From positions 1 to 40,338 of IMG/VR virus record IMGVR_UViG_3300037498_000021: a stretch of 40,338 nt of DNA. One strand, 5' to 3'. Each line of letters begins with the position of its first letter. The stretch's first letter is position 1. This stretch comes from a virus (Duplodnaviria; Caudoviricetes). Of the stretch, positions 19,525 through 29,254 are shown piece after piece. The notes under the pieces are model-generated. The model was not told the origin of the DNA. It did not search any database and was given only the letters and a program-made list of their open reading frames with translations. Both the position numbers and the translations under genes were made by a program.

Positions 19525-19886
19525 CGGATGACCCTGGCCGTCAGTTTTGGTTTCGGCTTGCGAAAGAGTTAGGCATGTCGGTTAGACGGGCGCAGGAGGA
19601 GGTTGACGCCAGTGAATTCACTGAATGGGTCGCATACTATGAACTTGAGCCTTTCGGCGAGCTTCGTGCTGATGTGCGGCAAGCGCATACTAGCGCCATC
19701 CTTGCAAGCGTTCATCGCCGGAAGGGATCTCGACAGCCTAGAATCGCTGACTTCATTTATGATGGAAAGCCGGTTGTTCAACAATCGATTGACGACATGC
19801 ACAACCTGTTCAGACAATTCGTTCACGCACATAACGCCGCAATCGCAGCACGACAACGACGAGTTGGAGGCGTAACCAATGGCTAA
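19521..19886 (+). CDS. gpT-like frameshift extension of the tail chaperone
   Basis: -1 frame reads LTDDPGRQFWFRLAKELGMSV..SEFTEWVAYYELEPFG. Confidence 0.85.
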   Translation: MTDDPGRQFWFRLAKELGMSVRRAQEEVDASEFTEWVAYYELEPFGELRADVRQAHTSAILASVHRRKGSRQPRIADFIYDGKPVVQQSIDDMHNLFRQFVHAHNAAIAARQRRVGGVTNG

Positions 19887-21492
19887 TATCGGCTCGCTCA
19901 ATGTTTCAGTTTACGCCAAGACCGATCAGTTCAATCGCAAAATGTCGCAGAGCGCAAAGATGATGCAGCAGTTTTCCGCGACGGTGAAGGCGGCGGCGGT
20001 TGCCGCGGCCGGCGCGTTTGTTGCATTTTCTGCTGGGCGTGGGCTGAAAGATGCAATGGAATCAATCGATAAGACGGCAAAGTCCGCTGATAAATTGGGC
20101 GTGACAACAGAAGCGTTGATAGGATTGCAGCATGCTGGAAACCTTGCGGGCATTGGCATCGAGGAGATGGACAAGGCGCTGGTGAAGCTGACGCGAACCT
20201 CGCAGGAGGCCGCGATGGGAAGTGGCGAGGCTCAAAGCGCTTTCAAACTGCTGGGCCTGGACGCGCAACGATTGGCAAGGATGTCTCCGGATCAACGCCT
20301 TTTGGCTGTCGCCGACGCCATGAAAGCGGTCAGCAACCAGGGCGATAAGATTTTGCTGTCTCAAAAGATCTTTGGCAAAGAAGGCGCAACGCTGATTCCG
20401 CTTATTCAGCAAGGCAGCGAGGCGATCAAGGCGCAGCAAGTCGAGGCCGAAATGCTGGGCATCACATATAGCCGGTTTGATGCGGCTAAAGTCGAGATGG
20501 CGAACGACGCGATGACGAAATTGGGCGAGGCCGGAAAGGGCGTATTCAACCTGCTTTCAATAAATCTTGCTCCGACGATCACGACCTTGATCGAGAAGTT
20601 CATTGCCTGGGCGACAGAGAGCAACAACCTGAGGGACACTTTCACGGCGATCGGCTCGGTGACGGGGCCGCTTTTAAAGGGTATGTTGGGTGCGTTGGAT
20701 TTCATCATATCGGCATGGATGCGATTTAAAGCAGTTATTTTCAGCATTCAAGCGACGCTGATGGACCTCATAGACACGATTGCACGCATCGATTTTAAAA
20801 AGATGGCAAGCCTAAAAAATTGGAAACAATGGTTGGCGGGCGATCCGTCTGCTGATCTTATGAAGCCTCGCGATACGGACATGTCGAAACAGGTTGATTG
20901 GCTTTTTAAGGAAGGTAATAGAGTCGATCAAATGGCAAACGAGTACGTCCAGCGATTCCTAAAGGGAACGAGCGGAACCGAACTGGATTATTCAATCGAA
21001 AACATGACGGCCAAACTTGCAACCGGAATGAAGGTCGCAGGTGATGAAAGCGGCAAGGGATTTGCAAACTCAATGGCGGATTCAATCGATAACGCGAAAT
21101 CAATTTTCGACGCATTGAAAAGCAAAGCCAAGTCAATTTTTGAGGCGACGCGAACGCCGCTTGAGAAGATGAACGCGCAGGTCCTGGACATCAGCGATTC
21201 GTTTTTCAATGGCTTGATTGATCAGGACACCATGAAAAGGGCTGCGCTTGCGGCGGGCGAGGCCTTCAAGCAGACGCAAGAATCGCTCACGAAGACCGAC
21301 ACCAAAGCGATGCAGAAGAGCGAATATGGGCGCGTGATTGACAGATCGCTGATGGCGCTGGGGGGCCCTGACCTGGGCGTCAAGACGGACACGACAGACG
21401 AAAAACAACTGGTCGAACAGAAAAAAACAAACGACATTCTGCAAAAACTCTATGCACAGTTCGGACTGAGTGAAACGGCGGTGGCGATCTAA
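19879..21492 (+). CDS. Tape measure protein (short, 537 aa)
   Basis: MANIGSLNV N-terminus, helical and Ala-rich, TRTPLEK; follows G/GT chaperones. Confidence 0.9.
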   Translation: MANIGSLNVSVYAKTDQFNRKMSQSAKMMQQFSATVKAAAVAAAGAFVAFSAGRGLKDAMESIDKTAKSADKLGVTTEALIGLQHAGNLAGIGIEEMDKALVKLTRTSQEAAMGSGEAQSAFKLLGLDAQRLARMSPDQRLLAVADAMKAVSNQGDKILLSQKIFGKEGATLIPLIQQGSEAIKAQQVEAEMLGITYSRFDAAKVEMANDAMTKLGEAGKGVFNLLSINLAPTITTLIEKFIAWATESNNLRDTFTAIGSVTGPLLKGMLGALDFIISAWMRFKAVIFSIQATLMDLIDTIARIDFKKMASLKNWKQWLAGDPSADLMKPRDTDMSKQVDWLFKEGNRVDQMANEYVQRFLKGTSGTELDYSIENMTAKLATGMKVAGDESGKGFANSMADSIDNAKSIFDALKSKAKSIFEATRTPLEKMNAQVLDISDSFFNGLIDQDTMKRAALAAGEAFKQTQESLTKTDTKAMQKSEYGRVIDRSLMALGGPDLGVKTDTTDEKQLVEQKKTNDILQKLYAQFGLSETAVAI

Positions 21493-22244
21493 TGGCAACG
21501 ATCACGGACATCATCGACGGCGCAAGTTTGAGCGTTGACCGGCAAGGCATCACAACGACGCGGGTGTTCATCGTCGAGGGACTGACGGGGAGCGAACACT
21601 CCAGGCTGCAAAGCGCCCTGACGGCCGACGGCATACCTTCACGCGGCGACGCCCATCCGTCGAGCACGTCATACCGCGTTGACTCGTTACGCGTCGATCC
21701 GATTGACGATTCACCAAGCAAGGCTCGCATCACGGTCACCTACAAGCCATGGCTCCCACGGCGTTTCGTGCCTGACGACACGCAGGATTGCGATGTGCAG
21801 ATCGGTGCGAGCCTGCAGGAGGTCGAGAGCGTCTACGATTACAGCGGTGATCCGATAATCGTGACGCACAACGAAATCGATCAGCGCGGCAAGGTCACGA
21901 AAAGCGTGGTGATCCTGACGCTGCAGTTGACCAGGCGTGAGACCAGCAACCCGCGCGCGAAGGCGCAGACCTACACCGGCAAGGTCAACTATGGTACCTG
22001 GCTGAACGATCCGCCTCACAGCTGGCTTTGCAAGTCGATCAGCGGCCATTCAGACGATGGCGGCGACAGCTACATGGTGACCTACGAATTCCAGCGGCAG
22101 CTTCCGGATTGGGATGTCGAGGTTGCCTGGGTGGATCCTGCGACGGGCGAGCATCCCGTGGACCTTGTCGAGGACGTGGGCATCAAATGGGTGCAGATTT
22201 ACGAATCAATTAATTTTTCGGGGCTGAACCTTGGAAATTTCTGA
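21492..22244 (+). CDS. Tail tip / distal tail-like protein
   Basis: First gene after the tape measure, TAATG coupling. Confidence 0.6.
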   Translation: MATITDIIDGASLSVDRQGITTTRVFIVEGLTGSEHSRLQSALTADGIPSRGDAHPSSTSYRVDSLRVDPIDDSPSKARITVTYKPWLPRRFVPDDTQDCDVQIGASLQEVESVYDYSGDPIIVTHNEIDQRGKVTKSVVILTLQLTRRETSNPRAKAQTYTGKVNYGTWLNDPPHSWLCKSISGHSDDGGDSYMVTYEFQRQLPDWDVEVAWVDPATGEHPVDLVEDVGIKWVQIYESINFSGLNLGNF

Positions 22245-22785
22245 TAAATCTCCAATCAATTTAAGGCCCTGGAGGTCTGGGCAACCCATCGAGGCCGCAC
22301 ACCTCGACGAGGTTCGGGATGCTGTTCAGCGCATCATTGGCGGGACGCGGCCTGGGCGCCAGGTGACGGGCGCGGCGCGAGCTTCTGGCGTGACGCCGAT
22401 TCAGATGCAGGTGTCTGTAATTCCAACCACGACGACCGATTATATTTGGTGTTACCGATGGGATGGAACGGAGCAGACCGGCGAGGCGGTTCGCGTGGCG
22501 GTGCCGTATCTGCTTCGGTCAACGCCATTCGACGGGCACACGCGCAACGGCATCACCTACGATTACAATTTCACGGCAAGCCCAATTGAGCGCACGGCGA
22601 CGAACATAACGCCTGAATCCGAGGATCAAGTGATCGTTCCGTCCTTTCAGGTGAACGACATCATCTATGCGATTGCCAGCGTTGACGGCGGGACAGATGT
22701 CCAGGCTGATCTGGGCGACGGGACCTATGAAGACGTGACGTACCTTATGCTTTCCGATGGTCGTGCATGGAGTAAAAAGGCATGA
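22231..22785 (+). CDS. Putative tail tip protein
   Basis: Synteny, overlapping neighbours. Confidence 0.55.
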   Translation: MEISDKSPINLRPWRSGQPIEAAHLDEVRDAVQRIIGGTRPGRQVTGAARASGVTPIQMQVSVIPTTTTDYIWCYRWDGTEQTGEAVRVAVPYLLRSTPFDGHTRNGITYDYNFTASPIERTATNITPESEDQVIVPSFQVNDIIYAIASVDGGTDVQADLGDGTYEDVTYLMLSDGRAWSKKA

Positions 22786-23852
22786 CGATTGCATTTGACA
22801 GTTTTGGATCTACGACACTTGATGCGCTGATGCAATCTTCGCTAGATGCAAGAGCTCATGTGGAGAGTGGCTACCTTTTCATCGGAGGAGATTTTGCAAC
22901 TATTAACGCTGGCATATCATCTATTGATAAGTGCCGTAGTGATGGTGTAGACCTGTTTGCGTTTACGGGTGCTCCACGTCCGTCATCTCAAGTAATACGG
23001 TTTGCTTTGTATGCTGGTAGTCTTATTGTTGTTGGTGATTCCGCAGATTGCGTAGTGCGATATAATGGCACTGATTGGGCGCTTGTAGGTGCATCGGCTG
23101 GAGTGCAAAGCAGAACACGCGCTGCAATTACATACGGATCAAATCTATATATCGCAGGAGATAAGTCTTTTATTTGTGATGGAGTGGACATGGTTGGAAT
23201 TGCGAAATGGAACGGATCTGCATGGAGTGCAGTCGGTTCTGGGATTACTGGACCTTATTCGACAGATACAATTTTTGATCTATTTGAATATGGTGGTAAT
23301 CTTTGGGCTGGAGGGCGCTTCGACACGATTGGCGGAGTTACTTCCGAGAGCGTCGGACAATGGAATGGCTCTTCGTGGGCATCAACTGGTGTTGGACTGG
23401 ATAATGGAGGTTCACAATCGTCATTATTGCGGTTTGCGTCTTTTGGGTCCGACCTTGTAATAGCAGGAGATTTTACAAGCATCGACGGAGTCACGGCAAA
23501 AAATATAGCATCTTGGAATGGTAGTAATTGGGCTGCGTTTGGTACGGGACTAAATGCAGGCGTTTATGCAGCTTGCGAATGGAATGGGACTTTGTACGCT
23601 GGCGGTGCATTCACTGGTAGGCTGGCGTACTGGACTGGATCTGCATGGACAACCTTTGGAAGCGCAAATAACACTATATATGATTTAGAGGTTTTCAATA
23701 ATAAGCTAATTATAGGTGGTGCATTCACAAGCATCGGAGGAGCGTCAATAAATCGCATTGCAGTTTATGATGGATCGACATTTGCTTCTGTTGGTGGTGG
23801 GACATCTGGATACGTTTTGGCAGTGCAGCATTTAGCAGGCGCACCAGCATAG
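22782..23852 (+). CDS. Beta-propeller-like putative receptor-binding protein
   Basis: Repeated L(Y/W)AGG.F..I.G....IA.WNGS.W...G blades; lower GC than flanks. Confidence 0.75.
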   Translation: MTIAFDSFGSTTLDALMQSSLDARAHVESGYLFIGGDFATINAGISSIDKCRSDGVDLFAFTGAPRPSSQVIRFALYAGSLIVVGDSADCVVRYNGTDWALVGASAGVQSRTRAAITYGSNLYIAGDKSFICDGVDMVGIAKWNGSAWSAVGSGITGPYSTDTIFDLFEYGGNLWAGGRFDTIGGVTSESVGQWNGSSWASTGVGLDNGGSQSSLLRFASFGSDLVIAGDFTSIDGVTAKNIASWNGSNWAAFGTGLNAGVYAACEWNGTLYAGGAFTGRLAYWTGSAWTTFGSANNTIYDLEVFNNKLIIGGAFTSIGGASINRIAVYDGSTFASVGGGTSGYVLAVQHLAGAPA

Positions 23853-23864
23853 GAGTCAAAAAAC

Positions 23865-25127
23865 ATGGCGACGAGACAATGGCAACCGAAGGCGAAGGCC
23901 GTGGCGCAGGTGACGACGGTTACCGTGGGCGGCACGCTTTCAAGTGAAACGTTCACGATATCGGTCAACGGCGTTGTGATCGCGACGCATACGGATTCGA
24001 CAACAGTGATTGCGGCAACCATTGCGGGCCTTGTTGCCACGTGGAATGCGAGCACGCACGCCTACGCGACCGGCATCACGGCAGTGGCGGCATCGCCAGA
24101 TTTGACGCTGACGGGCGACACCGCAGAGGTGCCGTTTACGATCGCACTAAACACGCCTGGCGGCAGCGCTACGTTCACGCAGACGGCGACGACGGCACCG
24201 ACGGGGCCAAATACCTGGGACAACGCCGACAACTGGAGCGGCGACACGGTGCCAACAACCAACGACACGGTGGTCATTCGCGACACGGCCGGGAATATCG
24301 CGTGGGGGCTCGGGCAAAGCGCGGTCACGCTGACGAAGCTCGTGATCGACAAAAGCTACACCGGCAAGATCGGGCTGAATAGCCAGGCTTTTGCCACGAC
24401 CGCCGACGGCGCGACGACGACGACAGCAGCGCCGGAATATCGGTCGGCATACCTGGCGATCAGCGCAACGACGGTGGCCATCGGCGAAAATCAAAGCCAG
24501 TCTTCACCGGCAGGGTCGCAGCGCATCATGCTGGATCTGGGCAGCAACCAGGCGACGGTGACGATCTACGGGACGGCGTCAACATCTTCCGAGACTGGCC
24601 GGCCGGCAATCCGTTTGAAAAATGTCCACGTGTCCAGCGCTCTATATGTGAGATCCGCAGCCGGGGGCGTCGGCGTGGCGATCGATCAGCCTGGCGAGGT
24701 CTCGACGCTGTCGCTGATCTCAATCTCCGATGAGAGCACGAGCAGTCGCGTCTATACCTCGTCGGGTGTGACGCTGACGACCTGGACGCAGTACGGCGGC
24801 AACAACGTGATGGACCTCGCGGCGACGCTGACAACGCATACGGTGCGCGGCGGGACGTGCCGCACCGAGGGAGACTACACGATCACCACCGCGGACTATT
24901 CCGGCGGGACCGTCTACAGCAACCACATAAAAAGCGCAGGAAACGCCATCACGACGCTGAATCTTTTGGGGACCATCGATGCTTTGGGATCCACGGTCGC
25001 CAGGATCTGGGCCACGGTCAACGCGGCCGTGGGTGGCGTGATCCGCGCCGACGGGAGCGTGCTGACGATCACGACGCTGGCAGATCCAGCGGCGAAATAC
25101 TCTGCAACCTTCTCGAACCCGTCATAA
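23865..25127 (+). CDS. Thr-rich beta-structured virion protein
   Basis: AGGAG RBS, WDNADNWSGDTVP motif, last gene of late operon. Confidence 0.65.
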   Translation: MATRQWQPKAKAVAQVTTVTVGGTLSSETFTISVNGVVIATHTDSTTVIAATIAGLVATWNASTHAYATGITAVAASPDLTLTGDTAEVPFTIALNTPGGSATFTQTATTAPTGPNTWDNADNWSGDTVPTTNDTVVIRDTAGNIAWGLGQSAVTLTKLVIDKSYTGKIGLNSQAFATTADGATTTTAAPEYRSAYLAISATTVAIGENQSQSSPAGSQRIMLDLGSNQATVTIYGTASTSSETGRPAIRLKNVHVSSALYVRSAAGGVGVAIDQPGEVSTLSLISISDESTSSRVYTSSGVTLTTWTQYGGNNVMDLAATLTTHTVRGGTCRTEGDYTITTADYSGGTVYSNHIKSAGNAITTLNLLGTIDALGSTVARIWATVNAAVGGVIRADGSVLTITTLADPAAKYSATFSNPS

Positions 25128-25190
25128 CTATAGGTGGCGCAAGGATTTAAAAAATAGTTGGAATTCTGCAAAAATCTTTCGATTTTTCGA

Positions 25191-25220
25191 TTGACCTATG
25201 TCTCATTGCGTATATATATA
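25191..25220 (+). promoter_or_regulatory. Putative sigma70-type early promoter
   Basis: TTGACC then TATATA at 16 or 18 nt spacing, AT-rich upstream tract, at the late/early boundary. Confidence 0.6.
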
Positions 25221-25284
25221 CACAGAGCAGTAACGCAGGGCGTAACGACAACCAAGGGCCGGCGACCGGCAGAAAGGGGAGGAG

Positions 25285-25476
25285 ATGGCTAAAATCGTAC
25301 GACTTGAGGACGGGCAAAAGGCGGCGTGCAGGTGCGACGCCGGCGACGTGCTCATAGAGGAGGAAAACGGCCAGTTTTTCATCTCCACCTGGGATGGGAA
25401 TGAAGCGTGGCCAGCTGGCGAGGCAGCGACCGAATCGGCGGCGCTTGAGGCAGCGAAGGAGGTGGCCGATGCGTAG
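25285..25476 (+). CDS. Small acidic early protein
   Basis: GGAGGAG RBS, first ORF after promoter. Confidence 0.65.
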   Translation: MAKIVRLEDGQKAACRCDAGDVLIEEENGQFFISTWDGNEAWPAGEAATESAALEAAKEVADA

Positions 25477-25579
25477 CATCTCAGATCAGGAGCAGGCGGG
25501 CATGGTGATGCTCGTCTGCATGCTGGGAGCCGGGGCCATTTTGGCCATCGGCATTTTGATACGCGCAATCGGCGCGTGA
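25469..25579 (+). CDS. Small single-TM protein
   Basis: AAGGAGGT RBS; hydrophobic C-terminal half. Confidence 0.5.
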   Translation: MRSISDQEQAGMVMLVCMLGAGAILAIGILIRAIGA

Positions 25580-25590
25580 AAGGGGATTAC

Positions 25591-26529
25591 ATGGGCGTTT
25601 CAGAGGACAATGACATTGTGCAGTATACGGGCGGCAGCGGTTACGAGCTGGCCACGGCGCACGAGATTCGCAGACACGTGAATCTCATCCAGGAGGTGAT
25701 CAAGTCGGTTTTCAAAGCCGACACGCACTACGGCGTGATTCCTGGATGCAAGCAGAGGAGCCTCTACAAGGCCGGGGCAGAAAAAATTCTGACGACGTTT
25801 CGGATCGCCGTGGACCCGGAAATCGAGGACCTGAGCACGCCAGACGAGATCCGCTACCGGCTGCGGGTCAAGGGAATCACGCCGGACGGGCGTTTAGTCG
25901 GCGTAGGCGTGGGCGAATGTTCGTCAAATGAAGAAAAATTCGCGTGGCGGGCAGCAGTTTCGGATGCTGAATTTCAGGCAACCGATGAACTGCGGCGGCG
26001 TGTGAAGTATTTCAAGGACGGGCGGCAAGTAAATCAGATTCGCACGAACCCGGCGGATGTTGCCAATACGGTGCTGAAGATTGGCAAAAAACGTGGAATG
26101 ATTGATTTATGCCTCACTGCTACGGGTGCTTCGGACGTGTTTACCCAAGACATTGAGGACATGCCGACCGAGATTGTTGAGTCATTTGAAGCGGCAAAGC
26201 CACCGATTTCTCCACCGCAACGCAAGAGCGCGGCGCAGAAGCAGGAATCGCTTGTGGTCGGCGGCGAGGTGGTCGGGCGGGTCGAGAACATCGAGACGAA
26301 GAGTGGAAACACGGGCGGCAAGGATTGGGTGTTCTACGCCGTGACCGTGGCCGGGCAGACCTTCGGCACGTTTTCCGATTCAATCGTCAACGAGGCCAAC
26401 ATCGCCAAAATGGAAAACGCTGAAGTGCGGTTGACGTGGAAGCCGGGGAAGAAGCAGGGATCAAAGAACATCGAGAAAATCGAACTCGTTGCCGGGGGTG
26501 CCGCAGATGAATCATCCGAAGCATTCTAA
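25591..26529 (+). CDS. Putative ssDNA-annealing/recombination protein
   Basis: HYGVIPG..SLYKAGAEK and NTVLKIGKKR..SDVFTQDIED motifs, acidic tail, paired with exonuclease; function inferred. Confidence 0.6.
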   Translation: MGVSEDNDIVQYTGGSGYELATAHEIRRHVNLIQEVIKSVFKADTHYGVIPGCKQRSLYKAGAEKILTTFRIAVDPEIEDLSTPDEIRYRLRVKGITPDGRLVGVGVGECSSNEEKFAWRAAVSDAEFQATDELRRRVKYFKDGRQVNQIRTNPADVANTVLKIGKKRGMIDLCLTATGASDVFTQDIEDMPTEIVESFEAAKPPISPPQRKSAAQKQESLVVGGEVVGRVENIETKSGNTGGKDWVFYAVTVAGQTFGTFSDSIVNEANIAKMENAEVRLTWKPGKKQGSKNIEKIELVAGGAADESSEAF

Positions 26530-27133
26530 GCGCTGTGCCGCTGGTGCTGCGCCAGAACTGACGTTTGACGAGGCTGAGCATGCCTATCACCTGGGGGCCG
26601 TGCGTCTGCCATCAGTGACTGAAATCATCAGAGATGCGGGCCTGATTGACGACACCTGGTTTACCGAGCACGCCCGCAACCGAGGTTCCCAGGTCCATAA
26701 AGCATGTCAGTTTTTGAACGAGGACGATTTACACCTGGAATCGCTGGATCAGGAGCTGTTGCCTTACGTGATCGCGTATCAGGCATTTTTGAGGGATACG
26801 GGATTTCGTGTTTATCGATCAGAGCAGCGAGTCGTATCGCGCCGGAATATGTTTGCTGGGACCCTGGATATTTATGGCCTGCTCAGGCGTGGGGTGAGGG
26901 CAGTAATCGATGTCAAAACCGGCGCAGTACCTGATTGGGTGGGCGTGCAGATCAGCGCCTATATGTTGGCGCTGATCGAAATGGGCTTGGGTCGCCCGAA
27001 TGAGCGCCTGGGCCTGCAGTTGAGAAGCAATGGGACGTACAGGTTGCGCGGCATGGCAAGGCCGCACAAGGACGACGTGAGATTCTTTTTGGAGTTACTC
27101 GAACAAAGGAGGCGTGGGGAACATGGAATTTGA
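26507..27133 (+). CDS. PD-(D/E)XK exonuclease (Cas4/RecB-like)
   Basis: LPSVTEII, RGSQVH, FAGTLD, IDVKTG, QISAY. Confidence 0.85.
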   Translation: MNHPKHSKRCAAGAAPELTFDEAEHAYHLGAVRLPSVTEIIRDAGLIDDTWFTEHARNRGSQVHKACQFLNEDDLHLESLDQELLPYVIAYQAFLRDTGFRVYRSEQRVVSRRNMFAGTLDIYGLLRRGVRAVIDVKTGAVPDWVGVQISAYMLALIEMGLGRPNERLGLQLRSNGTYRLRGMARPHKDDVRFFLELLEQRRRGEHGI

Positions 27134-27833
27134 TTTACCAGACGTGACGGCAATCGAAGAGCGAACACAAACGCTCGCAACGAGCGCTGCAGATTTTCAA
27201 ATCGTTACGGACAGGGACGCGCAGGTGGCGGGGTCATTGGTGCAGGCGTCGAAGGCGATGCAGGCTGAGGTCAGGGCGACTTTTGATCCGCTCGCGGCGC
27301 AAGCGAATCAACTGCATAAGGCGATCACGGCGGCGCGGACAAAACATCTGGCCCCGCTAGAAGACGTGGAGCGCGTGATAAAGGGCAAGATAGGTGAGTG
27401 GTCGGCAGAGCAGGAGCGCGCCAGGCGCGAGGCGGAGGAGGCACAGCGGCGGGAGGCCATGCGGCTCGAGGCCGAGAAGCGCAAAAACGAAATGGCGGCG
27501 ATTGCCAGGGAGGCGGCAGCGAAAGCCAAAGAAGCAACCTCAAAGCGCGAGGCGGAACGCATTCAGCGCGAGGCCGAGGAGGCGAAGCGCATTATCAAGG
27601 ATGCTCCAGTAGTTTTGCAGGTTCTCGACGTGCCGGAACCTGAAACCAAGATCCAGGGTGTAACGCTGCGCAAAAATTACGATTTCAGGGTAGTCACCGA
27701 GGCGCTTGTTCCAGATAAATACTGGGTCCTGGATGAGAAGATGATCGGTCGCGAAGTCAGGGCCCTTGGTCCGAAAACCGACATCCCAGGCGTTCAGGTG
27801 TTCGAGGTGACGCAGGTAGCGAGTCGAAAATAG
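27123..27833 (+). CDS. Coiled-coil protein of recombination module
   Basis: Long charged helix; C-terminal VPDKYWVLDEKMI..IPGV. Confidence 0.7.
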   Translation: MEFDLPDVTAIEERTQTLATSAADFQIVTDRDAQVAGSLVQASKAMQAEVRATFDPLAAQANQLHKAITAARTKHLAPLEDVERVIKGKIGEWSAEQERARREAEEAQRREAMRLEAEKRKNEMAAIAREAAAKAKEATSKREAERIQREAEEAKRIIKDAPVVLQVLDVPEPETKIQGVTLRKNYDFRVVTEALVPDKYWVLDEKMIGREVRALGPKTDIPGVQVFEVTQVASRK

Positions 27834-27982
27834 TCCATGCCAGGTGCGTTTTTGATCGGCATACGCCGACGGCGCTACGTTAAAGGGACCTGGCATGGAC
27901 GTAAAAAATGGCAAGGCAAGGATGTGGCTGGTGCCGGGGGCGAGCATAATCCCCCCCCCGGATGCGGACTCCCGACGCCAGC
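27833..27982 (+). other. Structured non-coding leader ahead of array 1
   Basis: Perfect 13-bp IR 27833-27845/27888-27900 with inner TCGGC-ATAC-GCCGA hairpin; second stem 27927-27938/27971-27982. Confidence 0.6.
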
Positions 27983-27990
27983 AAATACGA

Positions 27991-28158
27991 GGAACACGGC
28001 TTGGCAAGGCAAGGCGTGGCGGGGCAGGGCACGGCAAGGCGAGGAACAAGGCGTGGCCTGGCTTGGCAGGGCACGGCCGGGCATGGCGAGGAACAAGGCG
28101 GGGCCGGGCTTGGCGGGGCTGGGCAGGGCACGGCACGGCGAGGCAAGGAACATGGCGT
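27991..28158 (+). repeat. GGC-NN pentamer array 1 (3 units: 9, 8, 10 pentamers); candidate guide RNAs
   Basis: Exact GGC every 5 nt; units delimited by GGAACAN. Confidence 0.95.
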
Positions 28159-28239
28159 GGGAAAACGTGCATCGTTTTAGCGAGCCGTGGGGCAAGCGCG
28201 ATGCACGAACAGGGCAAGCAATAAGAAAGGGCGTGGGGA

Positions 28240-28902
28240 ATGGATCGATACGGGGTTACTTTGACGGGCTTGACGCCGCTGATCATGCATGCGGATAACC
28301 TGGCATTTTCGGAGAAGGTGAAGGCATGGCAGAAGGACCCGCAAAACAAGGAGCTGTCCACCGCAGGCGACGACCGAGCGCCGGCGTGGGTGTGGATGGG
28401 ATATCTGTATCACGACACCAAGGTTATCGGCCTACCGGCTGACAACCTAATGACGATGCTTCGGGAGGGTGGGGCAAAGGTCATTAACAAGGGCAAAGAG
28501 ACCTACAAAAAACAGACGCAAGCCGGGATCGTGATCGACTCGCAACTGTGGCCGCTTGAGATTCCGAAAGAGATCGGCGTGAAGCAGTTCAATAACCTGT
28601 TCAAGTCGAACGATTTCATGGAACACTTGACGGCTGCGGAGAGCGCAGGTTTTGAATTGTTGGTCAAGCGGGCCAAGATCGGGGCGGCAAAGCATGTGCG
28701 GGTGCGGCCTCTGTTTCGCCAGTGGAGCGCGACTGGGACCCTAACCGTGATCGATGCGGAGCTGTCTGGAATCACCAAGCCCGTTCTGCAGAAGATCCTG
28801 GACGTTGCCGGGTCGCTGTGCGGCCTGGGCGACTGGAGACCTTCGAGCCCGAAATCATCTGGGACCTTTGGGCGGTTCAGCGCAACGTTGAAAAAGATTT
28901 AA
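28240..28902 (+). CDS. RAMP/Cas7-like RNA-binding protein (candidate effector)
   Basis: VTLTGLTPLIMH first strand, IGLPADNLMTMLREGG helix motif, C-terminal glycine loop GSLCGLGDWRP..SGTFGRF; flanked by arrays. Confidence 0.72.
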   Translation: MDRYGVTLTGLTPLIMHADNLAFSEKVKAWQKDPQNKELSTAGDDRAPAWVWMGYLYHDTKVIGLPADNLMTMLREGGAKVINKGKETYKKQTQAGIVIDSQLWPLEIPKEIGVKQFNNLFKSNDFMEHLTAAESAGFELLVKRAKIGAAKHVRVRPLFRQWSATGTLTVIDAELSGITKPVLQKILDVAGSLCGLGDWRPSSPKSSGTFGRFSATLKKI

Positions 28903-29216
28903 GGCGAGGAACGCGGCAAGGCGGGGCAAGGCACGGCTGGGCGAGGCGCGGCAAGGCACGGCTGGGCAAGGCGAGGAACACGGCTTGGCCAGGCGTGGCG
29001 GGGCATGGCGTGGCCGGGCAGGGCAAGGCGAGGCAAGGAACATGGCGGGGCGGGGCTTGGCGAGGCATGGCAAGGCGCGGCCGGGCAAGGCGAGGAACAA
29101 GGCCCGGCCTGGCGGGGCCGGGCGCGGCTGGGCAAGGCGAGGAACAAGGCGTGGCGGGGCGTGGCTGGGCTCGGCGTGGCAGGGCCCGGCGAGGCTTGGA
29201 ACAAGGCGAGGAGCTG
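28903..29216 (+). repeat. GGC-NN pentamer array 2 (5 units: 12, 11, 10, 8, 10 pentamers)
   Basis: Starts at the base after the stop codon; same linker; ends GGCGA-GGAGCTG. Confidence 0.95.
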
Positions 29217-29254
29217 ACTGGGTGGGCCAGGCAGCATAAAGGAAAGGGATTGAC

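Noticed and set aside
27998-28042. U1 read as codon starts resembles a GIY-YIG-like KVGRT motif
   Set aside because: Too short and degenerate; could easily be chance without a database search.
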